Below, piece after piece: positions 28,191 through 38,962 of a stretch of DNA of 64,000 nucleotides (position 1 is the stretch's first letter; every line of letters begins with the position of its first letter). The notes beneath the pieces are model-generated. The model did not search any database. It was not told the DNA's origin and was given only the letters and a program-made list of their open reading frames with translations. The position numbers were made by a program, and so were the translations under genes. The stretch is from Candidatus Saccharimonadota bacterium (GTDB taxonomy: Bacteria; Patescibacteriota; Saccharimonadia; Saccharimonadales; UBA10212). The DNA is taken from the NCBI GenBank assembly GCA_013815775.1, contig JACDFN010000001.1:109883-173882 (forward strand). The letters run 5' to 3'.

Positions 28191-29468
28191 GTGAAGCGAA
28201 TTCTGCATTTCTTATCAGTTGGGCTCATTGTAGCCGTGCCCCTAATGTCTCGGCCTGTTTACGCAGCCTCAGCTACGCTTTCTTTATCCCCAGGATCAAG
28301 TAACGTAGCCCAGGGCGCTACACTAACTGTAACTATCAAGGTAAATGCCGACGAGCCAGTCAATGGCGTGCAGGCAAACTTGAGTTATCCAGCCAATTTG
28401 CTGGACTTTTTGAGTATTGGTTCATCTTCAGCTTTCTCGGTAGTAGCTCAAAACTCGGGCGGAGGTGGATCGGTACAGATAGGACGTGGAGCCCTTCCTC
28501 CGGTATCCGGTAGTCAGACGGTAGCAACTGTTAGGTTTAAAGCTAAAACTAACGCCGGAACAGCCACAATTAACTTTGTCGGCGGCTCTCAGGTAATTAG
28601 TGCGTCAAGTAACAAGGACATTATGACAGGCTCTGTCGGGGGTAATTACACATTAAAACCGCCCGCTGCGCCTACTCCGACAGCTCCTGCGGCACCCAAA
28701 GACACCATCCCGCCAACACTTAGCGGTGTCAACAGCGGCAACATTCTAGTTACTGGCTCTACTATAACCTGGACCACATCGGAGCCTTCGACTTCAGAAG
28801 TGTTTTACGGGTTTGATCAAAACTACGGGATAGTACAGGTAGACCCGGCGCTTGTTACAGAGCACAAGGTGGTCCTTAACTCGGCCCTAATAAGACCAGG
28901 CACAACATACCACTTCATGGTTAAAAGCGTAGATCCCTCAGGAAACGCTGCTTCTAGCCCTGACAACACCTTTACCACTAAAGGAGGAGCTCTGGCGATT
29001 ACAGTAGTTAACAAGAAGAATAAGCCCGTCTCAGGCGCCAAAGTTAACTTTAATGAGCGCAAGGGAACGACTAATAAAAAAGGCCAGGTACTCTTAAAAG
29101 ACTTTCCGCTTGGTAAAAACTTCGGAGCTATAGAATATAGAGGTAAAACCACACTCGTAAACGTAGTTGTAAGTTCTATCGACGAAACAAAGCCCCAGGC
29201 TGTCACTTTCAAGATAGATGCTCCTGTAAGTCCCATATGGATCTTACTGCTACCATTAATTGCCCTTGGAGCACTTGCAGTCTATTTGGCAAGGCGCGGT
29301 AAGGGTAGAGGCGGTGGTGGACCAGGCCTAGGGCGTTTCAGTAAGCGTTTTAGTGGGTCTGGATCTGGAAACAACCCCAATGTATCGTCAACTGGCAGTT
29401 CTAACGTTACATCACAACCTGACCCCCCAATCATTAGGCCCAGCGTGCCCCGTGGACCGGACCTGTAA
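28191..29468 (+). CDS. Cell-surface protein: cohesin-like domain, FN3-like domain, carboxypeptidase-regulatory-like domain, TM anchor, Gly-rich tail
   Basis: Signal peptide; LSLSPGSS..NGVQANLSYPANLLDF cohesin-like module; ITWTTSEPSTSEVFYG FN3-like; VVNKKNKPVSGAKV; C-terminal TM followed by RRGKGRGGGG. Confidence 0.6.
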   Translation: MKRILHFLSVGLIVAVPLMSRPVYAASATLSLSPGSSNVAQGATLTVTIKVNADEPVNGVQANLSYPANLLDFLSIGSSSAFSVVAQNSGGGGSVQIGRGALPPVSGSQTVATVRFKAKTNAGTATINFVGGSQVISASSNKDIMTGSVGGNYTLKPPAAPTPTAPAAPKDTIPPTLSGVNSGNILVTGSTITWTTSEPSTSEVFYGFDQNYGIVQVDPALVTEHKVVLNSALIRPGTTYHFMVKSVDPSGNAASSPDNTFTTKGGALAITVVNKKNKPVSGAKVNFNERKGTTNKKGQVLLKDFPLGKNFGAIEYRGKTTLVNVVVSSIDETKPQAVTFKIDAPVSPIWILLLPLIALGALAVYLARRGKGRGGGGPGLGRFSKRFSGSGSGNNPNVSSTGSSNVTSQPDPPIIRPSVPRGPDL

Positions 29469-29493
29469 TAGCTTCGTAATAAATAAGCTAAAA

Positions 29494-30294
29494 GTGATCA
29501 CATTATCCAAAACTTTATTTGCCACACTAGTGGCATTAATCTCCTTTTCATTATTAGGCGGTAAGGCTTCTGCAGCTATGGCTAGCATGTATTTGTCTCC
29601 AGGCTCAGCAACTCTAAGCCAAGGCGAAACATTATCAATACAAGTTCGTGAGAATAGCGGCGAAGAACCAGTAAACGGAGTACAAGCCAATCTTTCCTAT
29701 CCGGCTAACTTATTAGATCTGATTACCATAGATACATCAGGGTCAAGTTTTGGCATAGAGGCTCAGAATCAAGGCGCTGACGGTGTTATAAAAATTGGCA
29801 GAGCAACTATTTCCCCGGTCAAAGGTGACCAGTCGGTTGCAACAATAACGTTTAAGGCTAAAACCAATGATGCCGTTGCTGCGGTTAGCTTTACTGAAGG
29901 TTCGCAAATAACGAGTTCTAATACCTTCACCAATATAATGACCTCCAGTAATGGTGGAAACTATACGCTCAAAGCAGCCCCCCCGACCCCCAAGCCAGTA
30001 GAGCCGCCTCCGAAGCCGATAATCGCACCTGTCGTACCCGCTACACCCCCTGTTGAGCCTAAGGCTACAAGCTCCGTTGCTTCCGCTAATAAAAAAGTGT
30101 CTATATCTATAACTACCCCGAATACCCGAAGGGAAAAGACGCAGTCCTCTGTTGGTTTTTGGGTTCCCCTCATAGTCCTTGTGACTACTCTGGCGGTGTC
30201 CACATTGGTTACCAAGGGTTACAACACACGAGGCATTCGCCGGCATTTTCTTTTTCTTTTTCCTCATAAATTCAAAAAATATCACCATATATAA
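29494..30294 (+). CDS. Paralogous cohesin-like surface protein with Pro-rich stalk and TM anchor
   Basis: Same module (YLSPGSATL..NGVQANLSYPANLLDL); GTG 29494 gives a signal peptide. The tracked start 29353 overlaps the upstream gene and is rejected. Confidence 0.55.
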   Translation: MITLSKTLFATLVALISFSLLGGKASAAMASMYLSPGSATLSQGETLSIQVRENSGEEPVNGVQANLSYPANLLDLITIDTSGSSFGIEAQNQGADGVIKIGRATISPVKGDQSVATITFKAKTNDAVAAVSFTEGSQITSSNTFTNIMTSSNGGNYTLKAAPPTPKPVEPPPKPIIAPVVPATPPVEPKATSSVASANKKVSISITTPNTRREKTQSSVGFWVPLIVLVTTLAVSTLVTKGYNTRGIRRHFLFLFPHKFKKYHHI

Positions 30295-30330
30295 GTGGAA
30301 TAATCTGCTTTAGCTTACTAAAGAGCGGAC

Positions 30331-30348
30331 TGATAAAATTTAGTTATG
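30331..30348 (+). promoter_or_regulatory. Extended -10 box (TGaTAAAAT) 6 nt upstream of tilS ATG; candidate leaderless promoter
   Basis: TGATAAAAT-ttagtt-ATG. Confidence 0.45.
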
Positions 30349-31245
30349 GATCTTACAATAAACAAAGGGCTGTATGTTGTTGCAGTTTCAGGAGGCGTGG
30401 ATTCGATGGTACTTTTGGATATACTGCGCAAAAAACCTGGCTTAGAGCTAGTAATCGCTCATTTTAATCACGGGATACGCGGTGACGCTATCAAAGACGA
30501 AACCTTAGTGGTCAAAACTGCAACTAAGTATAGTCTAAAGCATGAAATAGGCCATGGCATGTTAGGAAGTGGAACAAGCGAAGCCAAAGCGCGCCACGCC
30601 AGGTATGACTTCCTGATATCAACACGTAAAAAATACAATGCCAAAGTCATTATTACCGCTCATCATCAGGATGATTTAATTGAGACCGCACTAATCAGTG
30701 TTTTTAGGGGCACTGGCAGAAGTGGCCTGGTATCTATGATTCATAACAAAGAAGTCCTTCGGCCATTAATCAATATTCCCAAGAGAAGCCTCATTAAGTA
30801 TGCCGAAAACAACAATATCGTCTGGTCAGAGGATTCAACTAACGACGATGATATTTACTTAAGAAACTATATTAGACGTCACATACTTAATAATGCAATA
30901 GACTCGGATAAAGTTAAATTACTTCGTGAGATAGATAAAGTCGCAATAATCGGAAATAAAATCGATAATATAATTGCGACAATATCACAGAATGTAATTA
31001 AAGAAGGCTTAGTAAGTAGAGATACATTTATTAAACTACCTTCAGAAATTGCGGATGAGCTAATGATTTACTGGCTTAAAAAACTTGGTCTTAATAGCTT
31101 CAACCGTAAAACAGTGGCTAGACTATCAAATGCTATAAAAACTGGTCTTCACGGTACAAAACATGAAGTATTTCAGGGATATAAACTTGAAATAGGGCAA
31201 TTTACTGCGCAGTTCAGTAACGGAGTATCTAGCCGCCTGCTATAA
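30346..31245 (+). CDS. tilS: tRNA(Ile)-lysidine synthase
   Basis: PP-loop VAVSGGVDSMVLL; HHQDD block; typical tilS-ftsH adjacency. Confidence 0.85.
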   Translation: MDLTINKGLYVVAVSGGVDSMVLLDILRKKPGLELVIAHFNHGIRGDAIKDETLVVKTATKYSLKHEIGHGMLGSGTSEAKARHARYDFLISTRKKYNAKVIITAHHQDDLIETALISVFRGTGRSGLVSMIHNKEVLRPLINIPKRSLIKYAENNNIVWSEDSTNDDDIYLRNYIRRHILNNAIDSDKVKLLREIDKVAIIGNKIDNIIATISQNVIKEGLVSRDTFIKLPSEIADELMIYWLKKLGLNSFNRKTVARLSNAIKTGLHGTKHEVFQGYKLEIGQFTAQFSNGVSSRLL

Positions 31246-31255
31246 TGTTTTTTGT

Positions 31256-33133
31256 ATGGAGAAGAAACAGTTTCGATTAGGTGGCGGATCGGGGGGCCCA
31301 GAAGGCCGCCGCAACCGTTTTAAAAATGCTGGTTTTATAGCTTTACTAGTATTGTTCGGATTGATTTCATTTGCCGCTTTTAATCAGCCAAGCCAACTCA
31401 AGGAAGTGCCTTTTTCGCAAGTTATCAGTGACGCCAATGAAGGTAAAACTAAGCAGATAACAGTTAAGGGCGGTACTGAGCTTGAAGTTACTCCTAAAGG
31501 CGAGAACAAGGCTACTCAGCAGTCCTATAAGGAGCTAAGCTCTAGTATTTATGAGCAGGGGCTAAAGCAAGGCAAAACAACTGTAGTAAACAAACCCTCT
31601 AGCAACAGCAATAACTTATGGTTAGGGCTTCTTACCGGAGTTTTACCAGTGCTAATTATTGCTTTTATATTGATAATTATGTTTAGAAGCGCACAAGGGC
31701 AAGGTAACCAAGCTCTTAGTTTCGGAAAAAGTAAAGCTCGGCTTTATGGTAATGAGAAGGATAGCATTAACTTCAAAGATGTGGCCGGAAACGATGAGGC
31801 GAAGATTGATCTGCAAGAGGTTGTAGAATTTCTAAAGTTTCCTAAGAAATTTGAAGGAATCGGGGCTAAAATTCCCAAAGGAGTTCTCCTTATTGGCCCG
31901 CCGGGGACAGGTAAAACACTCCTTGCCCGAGCCGTTGCCGGAGAGGCAAATGCCCCATTCTTCAGCATAAGTGGTTCGGAATTTGTTGAAATGTTTGTTG
32001 GCGTTGGAGCCAGCAGGGTACGAGATTTATTTAATAAAGCAAAAAAGAACGCACCCTGCATAATCTTCATCGATGAAATAGACGCAGTGGGACGACGTCG
32101 AGGCAGCGGAATGGGCGGCGGCCATGACGAGCGTGAGCAAACATTGAACCAAATTTTAGTAGAAATGGACGGCTTTGAGCAGGGTGTAAATGTCATAGTG
32201 CTGGCCGCAACTAATCGTTCTGATGTATTAGATCCGGCACTTCTTCGTCCGGGACGGTTTGATCGCAGGGTGACTATTGATTTACCGGATCGCAAAGACC
32301 GAAAAGCAATCTTAAAAGTTCATTTTGCTGAAAAGCCGGTTAGCAAAGATGTTGACCTAGATTCGCTGGCTGCAAAAAGTGCAGGCAGCAGCGGAGCCGA
32401 TCTTGCCAATATTGCTAACGAAGCCGCTATCGTAGCTGCGCGCAATAACCGAAAAGTTATTGAGAACGAAGACGTAGTTGCGGCATTTGAGAAAGTAGCC
32501 ATCGGACCGGAACGAAAGAGTAAAATTATGAGTGATAAGGAAAAAGAGCTTACCGCTTACCATGAGGCCGGCCACGCCTTAGTCGGGCATGTATTACCGG
32601 ACAGTGACATGGTACACAAGGTTACTATTATTCCTCGTGGATCAACTGGTGGTGTGACATGGTTTATACCTCCTGAAGACAAGAGCTACCACAGTATAAT
32701 CGAATATAAGGATGTACTTGCTCGTATGTTAGGGGGTAGGGTAGCAGAAGAGCTGGTTTATGGACCAGACAGAGTAACCACCGGTGCTGGGTCTGACCTA
32801 CAAAAAGCTGCTGAGTTGGCCCGTGAAATGGTTATTAATCAGGGCATGGGAGACAAGTTACGTAATCAAGTGTTCCACACCGAAGATGGAATGATGATGG
32901 ACAGGCTAATGCACGAACGTCAATATTCAGACGATACAGCCAAAGTCATTGATAATGAGGTTGAAAACCTAATAACAGAGGCTGCTGTGCGAGCCAGGGT
33001 AGTTATCAAGGCCAATATGGAAAAATTAGAAGGGCTGAAAAAGATTTTGCTGGAAAAAGAGTCGGTAGAAGCCGAACAAGTGATCAAGATTCTTCATGGC
33101 TCGCATATGCCCAAAGCGGCAGCTTTATACTAA
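31256..33133 (+). CDS. ftsH: ATP-dependent zinc metalloprotease FtsH
   Basis: Two N-terminal TMs, Walker [12 protein letters not shown] region, HEAGH zinc site. TATAAT 31241-31246 lies 9 nt upstream of the ATG. Confidence 0.97.
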   Translation: MEKKQFRLGGGSGGPEGRRNRFKNAGFIALLVLFGLISFAAFNQPSQLKEVPFSQVISDANEGKTKQITVKGGTELEVTPKGENKATQQSYKELSSSIYEQGLKQGKTTVVNKPSSNSNNLWLGLLTGVLPVLIIAFILIIMFRSAQGQGNQALSFGKSKARLYGNEKDSINFKDVAGNDEAKIDLQEVVEFLKFPKKFEGIGAKIPKGVLLIGPPGTGKTLLARAVAGEANAPFFSISGSEFVEMFVGVGASRVRDLFNKAKKNAPCIIFIDEIDAVGRRRGSGMGGGHDEREQTLNQILVEMDGFEQGVNVIVLAATNRSDVLDPALLRPGRFDRRVTIDLPDRKDRKAILKVHFAEKPVSKDVDLDSLAAKSAGSSGADLANIANEAAIVAARNNRKVIENEDVVAAFEKVAIGPERKSKIMSDKEKELTAYHEAGHALVGHVLPDSDMVHKVTIIPRGSTGGVTWFIPPEDKSYHSIIEYKDVLARMLGGRVAEELVYGPDRVTTGAGSDLQKAAELAREMVINQGMGDKLRNQVFHTEDGMMMDRLMHERQYSDDTAKVIDNEVENLITEAAVRARVVIKANMEKLEGLKKILLEKESVEAEQVIKILHGSHMPKAAALY

Positions 33134-33147
33134 GAATTATTTCTGAA

Positions 33148-33165
33148 TGCTAGAATACTCTTATG
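33148..33165 (+). promoter_or_regulatory. Extended -10 box (TGcTAGAAT) 6 nt upstream of ruvB ATG; candidate leaderless promoter
   Basis: TGCTAGAAT-actctt-ATG. Confidence 0.45.
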
Positions 33166-34191
33166 GCGATTGAGAGGATTGTAAATACGTCCGGGAAGGA
33201 TGACCCGGTCGAAGAAGAGTTACAGCAAACTTTGCGACCGCGCGATTTCAAGAGCTATATTGGGCAGGAAAGACTTAAAAGCAATCTAAGACTAACTATC
33301 GGAGCCGCTCAAAAACGCGGTGAGCCCATTGACCATATTTTACTTCACGGTCCGCCGGGGTTAGGTAAGACCACTATGGCTAGCGTTATTGCCAACGAAA
33401 TGGGAGCACAGATGCGGATTACCTCGGGACCGGCGATTGAGCGGGCCGGAGACTTAGCTAGTTTACTCACTAATCTAGCCGACGGGGATATTTTATTTAT
33501 TGATGAGATACATCGCTTGCACCGGGTAGTAGAGGAAGTTCTTTATTCAGCCATGGAAGATTTTAAGCTGGATATTATGCTCGGGAAAGGACCCAGTGCT
33601 CGTTCTTTACGGTTAGATTTGCCGAAGTTTACAATAATTGGAGCGACCACTAGGACTGGGGCTCTGGCTGCTCCCCTCCGGGATCGCTTCGGCATGATTC
33701 ATAGACTGGAGTTTTATACGCCCGAAGAGGTAGCGAAAATTATCCGGCGCTCAGCTACTATTTTGAAAGTACCAATAGATACAGAGGCTGCGACTCTTCT
33801 GGCGGGGAGAGCTCGTCTTACACCGAGAATTGCAAACCGGCTCTTAAAGCGGGTGAGGGATTACGCAGATATGAACGGTGACGGGACCATCGATAGCAAG
33901 TTGGCGATAACGGCTCTAGGGCTGCTTGAAATTGATGAGTTGGGGTTAGACCCGGCCGACCGACATCTCTTGAGAGCAATTATCGAGCACCATGATGGAG
34001 GACCTGTTGGGGTTGAAACACTTGCCGCACTTACCGCCGAAGAACGCTCAACAATCGAAGATTTTTATGAACCGTACTTAATGCAAATAGGACTACTAGA
34101 ACGAACCCCCCGGGGTCGTAAAGTTACACCGCGGGCTTGGAAACACCTTGGAAAAACACCTTCGGCCAAGGCTCAAGCTAGCTTGCTATAA
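33163..34191 (+). CDS. ruvB: Holliday junction DNA helicase RuvB
   Basis: LRPRDF..YIGQ, Walker [10 protein letters not shown], Walker [17 protein letters not shown]. Confidence 0.95.
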   Translation: MAIERIVNTSGKDDPVEEELQQTLRPRDFKSYIGQERLKSNLRLTIGAAQKRGEPIDHILLHGPPGLGKTTMASVIANEMGAQMRITSGPAIERAGDLASLLTNLADGDILFIDEIHRLHRVVEEVLYSAMEDFKLDIMLGKGPSARSLRLDLPKFTIIGATTRTGALAAPLRDRFGMIHRLEFYTPEEVAKIIRRSATILKVPIDTEAATLLAGRARLTPRIANRLLKRVRDYADMNGDGTIDSKLAITALGLLEIDELGLDPADRHLLRAIIEHHDGGPVGVETLAALTAEERSTIEDFYEPYLMQIGLLERTPRGRKVTPRAWKHLGKTPSAKAQASLL

Positions 34192-34201
34192 TCAAATTAT
34201 G
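34184..34201 (+). promoter_or_regulatory. Extended -10 box (TGcTATAAT) 6 nt upstream of ATG 34199; candidate leaderless promoter
   Basis: TGCTATAAT-caaatt-ATG, inside the ruvB 3' end. Confidence 0.45.
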
Positions 34202-34789
34202 CAGCCCAACGCCAATCAACCCCCCGCCACGCCACCTCCCGTCGCTTCACCTCCCTTGCCCAGTTCAACAATGCTGCAGTCTGGCGAGAGCGTGCTCACT
34301 GTAATAAAGCGCCACCCTATCGGTCTAGTATTAATTTATCTACAGGCTATTGCGGCCGTGGCAGCTATGATCTTTATACTTGCAATTTTGACTCCTGGCT
34401 TCTTCGGGGGTTTATCTGGTCAGACATATAGCATAGTGACAATCGTTTCTTTCTTGCTTCTTGTCCTTCTTGTTTTTGTTCTTATATTGGTCACCTCTAT
34501 TTACTGGCAAAATAAGCTAATACTTACCGATAGAGCGGTTATACAGATACTACAAACCGGTCCTTTCCAGCAAAAGGTATCCAGGCTATCGTTTGCTGAT
34601 ATTGAAGATGTAACTAGTGAACAAAAGGGCTTGATTCCGACTATTTTTAACTACGGCATATTACACATTGAAACATCGGGTGAATTAAAGAACTTTGCCT
34701 TTCGCTATACTCCTGACTCGAATAAATATGCCTCAGCGGTCATTAATGCCCGACATCAGTTTACCGCGGCTGAAAAGTCCAGTAATTAG
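34199..34789 (+). CDS. Membrane protein with bacterial PH (YdbS/YdbT-like, DUF304) domain
   Basis: Pro-rich N-terminus, two TMs, then a PH-like region (LILTDRAVIQI..GILHIETSG). Confidence 0.5.
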   Translation: MQPNANQPPATPPPVASPPLPSSTMLQSGESVLTVIKRHPIGLVLIYLQAIAAVAAMIFILAILTPGFFGGLSGQTYSIVTIVSFLLLVLLVFVLILVTSIYWQNKLILTDRAVIQILQTGPFQQKVSRLSFADIEDVTSEQKGLIPTIFNYGILHIETSGELKNFAFRYTPDSNKYASAVINARHQFTAAEKSSN

Positions 34790-34813
34790 AAAACTTAAAC
34801 TTTTATCATTAAG

Positions 34814-35113
34814 TTATTCTTGGAAGGGATTATTGCGGGCTTCATTAAATAGACTTCGAACTTCGCTATTGTTTTCCTCTAACTTCAATATCTGCTCAAC
34901 AGCTTTTTTATTTACCCGAGGGATGTTATTTGTAGTTGATGTTTCAGATTCGGCAGAAGGTTCTGCTGTGGCCAGAGAACTTATTCGCCAAACCACGAGA
35001 AGGTAAGTTAGTAGGATTACAATTATTACTATAAAAGTCGCATGAGTAGAAGCCAGCCGAGTGTATCTATTTAGTTTAGTGCTGAGTGATTTAATATTTA
35101 TGCTAGTTTTCAT
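34814..35113 (-). CDS. Small single-TM protein, last gene of the pilus operon
   Basis: 99 aa; 4-nt overlap with the pilO-like gene. Confidence 0.35.
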   Translation of the reverse strand: MKTSINIKSLSTKLNRYTRLASTHATFIVIIVILLTYLLVVWRISSLATAEPSAESETSTTNNIPRVNKKAVEQILKLEENNSEVRSLFNEARNNPFQE

Positions 35114-35772
35114 GGCTTTATAAAAATATTAAGGTCGAGACTGAAGTTTATAACTTTAGTGGTCTCGGATGTTTTTGGCTGGATACCTACGGTTGTTATT
35201 TGGGCAGTACGGCGATTACGCTCTATACGCTGAAGGAAATCCAACATTTTAGCATAGGTTACTTGCTTGTTTGGCGGTAAGCCCAAACTAATATCCGGCG
35301 TTATAGTTACCTTTAGACTATACAGTCCTTTAATTCCTGCCACTGGCTTGGCCTGGCTTATCGCAGCAGAGGTACTGCTTGTTATGGGAGGAGTGCTGGG
35401 TGCTGCCCCTGCTACGGGGGCGGAACCTGATGATCCCCCTAATGTACTCGCTGGGAAAATAATGCTTTGTAAGGATATACCCGATTCATTAGCCATTCTT
35501 ACAATATCAAGCACTGCTTGTGCTTGGTCCTTGTCGTTTGGTATTACTGACTTAGCTACGTCTTTAAAATAACTATATTGTTCGGCTTCTTTCTTGGCTA
35601 GGGACAAGCTTTCCAGTTGAGCGTCTAGAGATTTACTTTCACTTCTCAAGTCAACCATGTTCTGGCTCTTCTTGCTCAGCAGCGACATGCCTACTATATA
35701 GGTACCGAGAAAACCGAGGGATAGAACTGCAATACTGATTAGCAGAATTAAGCGTAGGCGTTTGCTGCTCAT
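35110..35772 (-). CDS. pilO: Type IV pilus assembly protein PilO-like
   Basis: N-terminal TM, coiled coil, position after pilM-pilN. Confidence 0.55.
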   Translation of the reverse strand: MSSKRLRLILLISIAVLSLGFLGTYIVGMSLLSKKSQNMVDLRSESKSLDAQLESLSLAKKEAEQYSYFKDVAKSVIPNDKDQAQAVLDIVRMANESGISLQSIIFPASTLGGSSGSAPVAGAAPSTPPITSSTSAAISQAKPVAGIKGLYSLKVTITPDISLGLPPNKQVTYAKMLDFLQRIERNRRTAQITTVGIQPKTSETTKVINFSLDLNIFIKP

Positions 35773-36368
35773 GGAGTTTTCTCCTTAGCTACGCTTAAGT
35801 AGCGGCCTTGGGCGCTCTTGCTGAAGAGGGCTTTGAAGGTAGCTGCGCATTTATATTCTCCGATATCTCTCCCCGAACTACAGTTGATATTAACGATATC
35901 TACCTTATCAAACAGTGCGTTTTTGGGATCGTTTAAATTTACTGCAATCTGAGCGGCTGACTGGTAATCTCTTGAGCTTGCACTAAGATCTATTGCACCT
36001 GCAACTTTACTAAGGGTTAATGATGCAAGCACAGTCCCGCCAGGCATGACCTTACCAATATCTTGGATTAAGGCGGAGAATCGTATCTCTTGGCTCAATA
36101 CTTGGTTTATTGTTTTAATACTATCGTTCAGTTCGGTAGCATCTTTTTTAACTTTATCTAAGTCTTGCACATCAAGTTGTTGCTTAGCGGAGACTGTTTT
36201 ACGCTCCAAGTCACTGGATTGCTGGTCTATATAAAGCCAGCCGAGCACCATGACAACCATAAGTCCGGCAATAGCCAGCAATAACGCTATTAGCCAACGG
36301 CGCAGCCCAGTGTTTATTCGGCCGTACTTGATGTTATCGGCGTGTGCCGGGGGTAGGAGATTGATCAT
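35769..36368 (-). CDS. pilN: Type IV pilus assembly protein PilN-like
   Basis: MINLLPP N-terminus typical of PilN; single TM; coupled to pilM. Confidence 0.65.
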   Translation of the reverse strand: MINLLPPAHADNIKYGRINTGLRRWLIALLLAIAGLMVVMVLGWLYIDQQSSDLERKTVSAKQQLDVQDLDKVKKDATELNDSIKTINQVLSQEIRFSALIQDIGKVMPGGTVLASLTLSKVAGAIDLSASSRDYQSAAQIAVNLNDPKNALFDKVDIVNINCSSGRDIGEYKCAATFKALFSKSAQGRYLSVAKEKTP

Positions 36369-37435
36369 GTGAAAATCTCCTTAGGATTCAATAGAGCTTC
36401 GCCTGCCACAGTGATATACATAGATCGCTCTATATCGTCAGGTAGAGCCAGGTTACCAAAATCTATTTTATGCCAAGGCTCTAGCATTTTAGCGGGCATT
36501 TGAAGTTGCGTAGACAAATAGGCACTAAGGCCGGGCATATTGGCCCCGCCCCCCATGGTTACTATCTGGCCAATCTTCTTTTGGTTCTGCACTTTTCTTT
36601 CATCATAATAGCGTATGATTTTTTGAATCTCTTTAACTAGGTTATTGAGTATTGGTTCAATAGCTGTTTGAATTTCACCACGTTTTTCGCTTACCCCGAT
36701 GCCGTAATTATTCTTCAGGGCGTAGGCTTCCTCTTGGTTTACGCCCAATCTCTGCGAGATCATTAGGGTAATATCATTCCCGCCACCTACAATCGTGCTA
36801 TTAACGAACATTGTCTTATCGAATAGCGCTAAATCTACCGAAACTGACCCAAAATCTATTAATATCGACGGTTCATCGTGTGAAGTGTCGGCAACGGCGA
36901 ATACTCGCGCCGAGGCATTCATTGTGGGCTCAAAGGCAACTACCTCCAAGCCTGCGGACTCTAGCAGACTCACGTGAGAATCTATAATGCTTTTAGGAGT
37001 GGCTACAACTAGAAGTTCAGTGCCCTCGCTGTCTTTCCGGGAAACGTCATAATCGATATAAAGACTCGCAGAAGAGATGGGGATGTACTGTTCCGCTTCC
37101 AGATGAACTGCCTCAGTTATATCTTCATCGCTCATGGGGGGTAATCTCATTGGTCGACTATAAGTCCGTGATGTCGGGATAGTACAGGCAACTCTTCTGG
37201 TGCTTATTGACCCAACAAGGTGACTGGTAAATAAATTATGCAAGGATTTAGCCACCGCAGATGGATTAATTACAGAGCCGTCTTTAACAGCATCTGGCGG
37301 GTAATCAATAATTCCATAGCCTAAAACCTTTGGTGCTTTGCCTGCTTCACTTGCCAGCTGCATCACCTTGATCGTAGAGTGACCAAAGTCAAGTCCAAAC
37401 AAAGGTTGGTCGTGGTAAAAATTTAGAGACCGCAT
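36365..37435 (-). CDS. pilM: Type IV pilus assembly ATPase-like protein PilM
   Basis: Actin-like fold blocks (FGLDFGHSTIKV, IDFGSVSVDL, GGGANMPGL). Confidence 0.85.
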   Translation of the reverse strand: MRSLNFYHDQPLFGLDFGHSTIKVMQLASEAGKAPKVLGYGIIDYPPDAVKDGSVINPSAVAKSLHNLFTSHLVGSISTRRVACTIPTSRTYSRPMRLPPMSDEDITEAVHLEAEQYIPISSASLYIDYDVSRKDSEGTELLVVATPKSIIDSHVSLLESAGLEVVAFEPTMNASARVFAVADTSHDEPSILIDFGSVSVDLALFDKTMFVNSTIVGGGNDITLMISQRLGVNQEEAYALKNNYGIGVSEKRGEIQTAIEPILNNLVKEIQKIIRYYDERKVQNQKKIGQIVTMGGGANMPGLSAYLSTQLQMPAKMLEPWHKIDFGNLALPDDIERSMYITVAGEALLNPKEIFT

Positions 37436-37523
37436 GTTGATATTGGTTATCCTTAATTAAAAGTATATCACTTAAAGGGTTAAAAGCCAGACTGTTACTT
37501 GTGTACGATTTAAGGCTTAACTA

Positions 37524-38954
37524 TTAATTGTAAACTCTCATATAGCCACGCTTAACCCACGTAGTTTTTAGGTTACTGCTGCCAGGCACTGATGAAGTAA
37601 AGTTAATCACCGCATTGTTGCCAAGCTCGATGGACTGCCCCGCAACGGCCCCTATGGCACCATTGTTAGACACTCTGACTCTTGACCACCGGGCATATAA
37701 GATGCTGCCGGGGGCGCTGCCGTTATTTTCAAGGTTAATTCGCACCTGGTCCTGGCTATTCTTTAAATCCGTTCCAACAAGACTGGTGCAGTCTGGTGAG
37801 CATGAGCTATTGCTCCAGTAGGCTATGAAATACACGCCTGTACCGGAGGAGTTTGCTTGCGTTGTGCCATTATTGCCAATCACGAGACCTTCCGAACCGT
37901 CCACCATTATCACTGGTGTAGTTGTACCGGCCGAGCTCGGTACGATCATTTTGGAATTGTTGCCAAACGTCAGATTACCGGTAATCCAGACATTCCCGGA
38001 AAGATTGATTGTGCAATTATTACCCATGGTAATATTGCCGGTGATTTTAAGATTTGCTGGCCAGGTTTTAGTTTGGTTATTACCACAAGCAACTGTTGAA
38101 TCGGTGGGAGCTATCGTAGTGACCACGGCGGCTTTTTGGGCATCACGATCATAGTCTGGTAGGGTAGTAGGAGGTACTGTTTGATTGGGAATGAGGCCAG
38201 GGTTAAACATTCGTGAGCCATTTGTTTGGTTAGTCGCTTGTACGTTGGCGTAAATATACCCAGTAGTCCCCACAGTGATTGGTTCGCCGTTTTCACCGTT
38301 TGCGCAGACTCTTGGATAGGTGGCATCTGCCGGACTGGGACAATTGGTATGAGCAACTCTGATGTTGACCGCATTGGCTTCTGGTGTGGATGAAAGGCCG
38401 ATTTGGGCGTTATTATTTACTGTAATAGTGCCGTTGACCACTACATCTCCCCCTGTAATTTTAGAATTGCTATTTAGTAATAGGCCACCTACACCGGTTA
38501 CTACTGATGTAATGCCGACACCAGAAGTTACGGCTTTAATATCTAAGTCGTATTTGCGAGTGGCGGTTGGCGTGGCATTCGTTGAGGGAAAGTAGGTCCG
38601 GGCCGTGACAGTCAGAGTTTTCTTAGTTGAATCAGAGCCATCCGTTACTACTACCTGGTAGGTGGTCTTAATTTTTTGAGCGACGTCGTCCATCAGTGTA
38701 ATTTCTCCACCAGTGCCAGTCCAGTCGGGCACCGTATTCATTTGATTCATACCATAATCTAGGCCAGCATCGGCAGCCAGCTGGGCATTTACGCGGTGGT
38801 TTCCTTTTACGGATACGTTTTTATTGGTAACAGTGGCGCTGGAGATGGCTATTATCATAAGTACAATCATAACTCCAGTAATTAGCAGTACTGGGAGTAT
38901 AAAGCCTTTCTCTTCCTTGATTTTATTCTCTTTGATTTGAAGATTAATTATCAT
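37524..38954 (-). CDS. Large PilX-like minor pilin or pilus-associated protein with beta-helix-like repeats
   Basis: N-terminal hydrophobic helix GFILPVLLITGVMIVLMIIAISS; repeated NITMGNNCTINLSGNVWITGNLTFGNN-type segments; sits between pilM and the minor pilins. Confidence 0.5.
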   Translation of the reverse strand: MIINLQIKENKIKEEKGFILPVLLITGVMIVLMIIAISSATVTNKNVSVKGNHRVNAQLAADAGLDYGMNQMNTVPDWTGTGGEITLMDDVAQKIKTTYQVVVTDGSDSTKKTLTVTARTYFPSTNATPTATRKYDLDIKAVTSGVGITSVVTGVGGLLLNSNSKITGGDVVVNGTITVNNNAQIGLSSTPEANAVNIRVAHTNCPSPADATYPRVCANGENGEPITVGTTGYIYANVQATNQTNGSRMFNPGLIPNQTVPPTTLPDYDRDAQKAAVVTTIAPTDSTVACGNNQTKTWPANLKITGNITMGNNCTINLSGNVWITGNLTFGNNSKMIVPSSAGTTTPVIMVDGSEGLVIGNNGTTQANSSGTGVYFIAYWSNSSCSPDCTSLVGTDLKNSQDQVRINLENNGSAPGSILYARWSRVRVSNNGAIGAVAGQSIELGNNAVINFTSSVPGSSNLKTTWVKRGYMRVYN

Positions 38955-38962
38955 AAGGCGCC

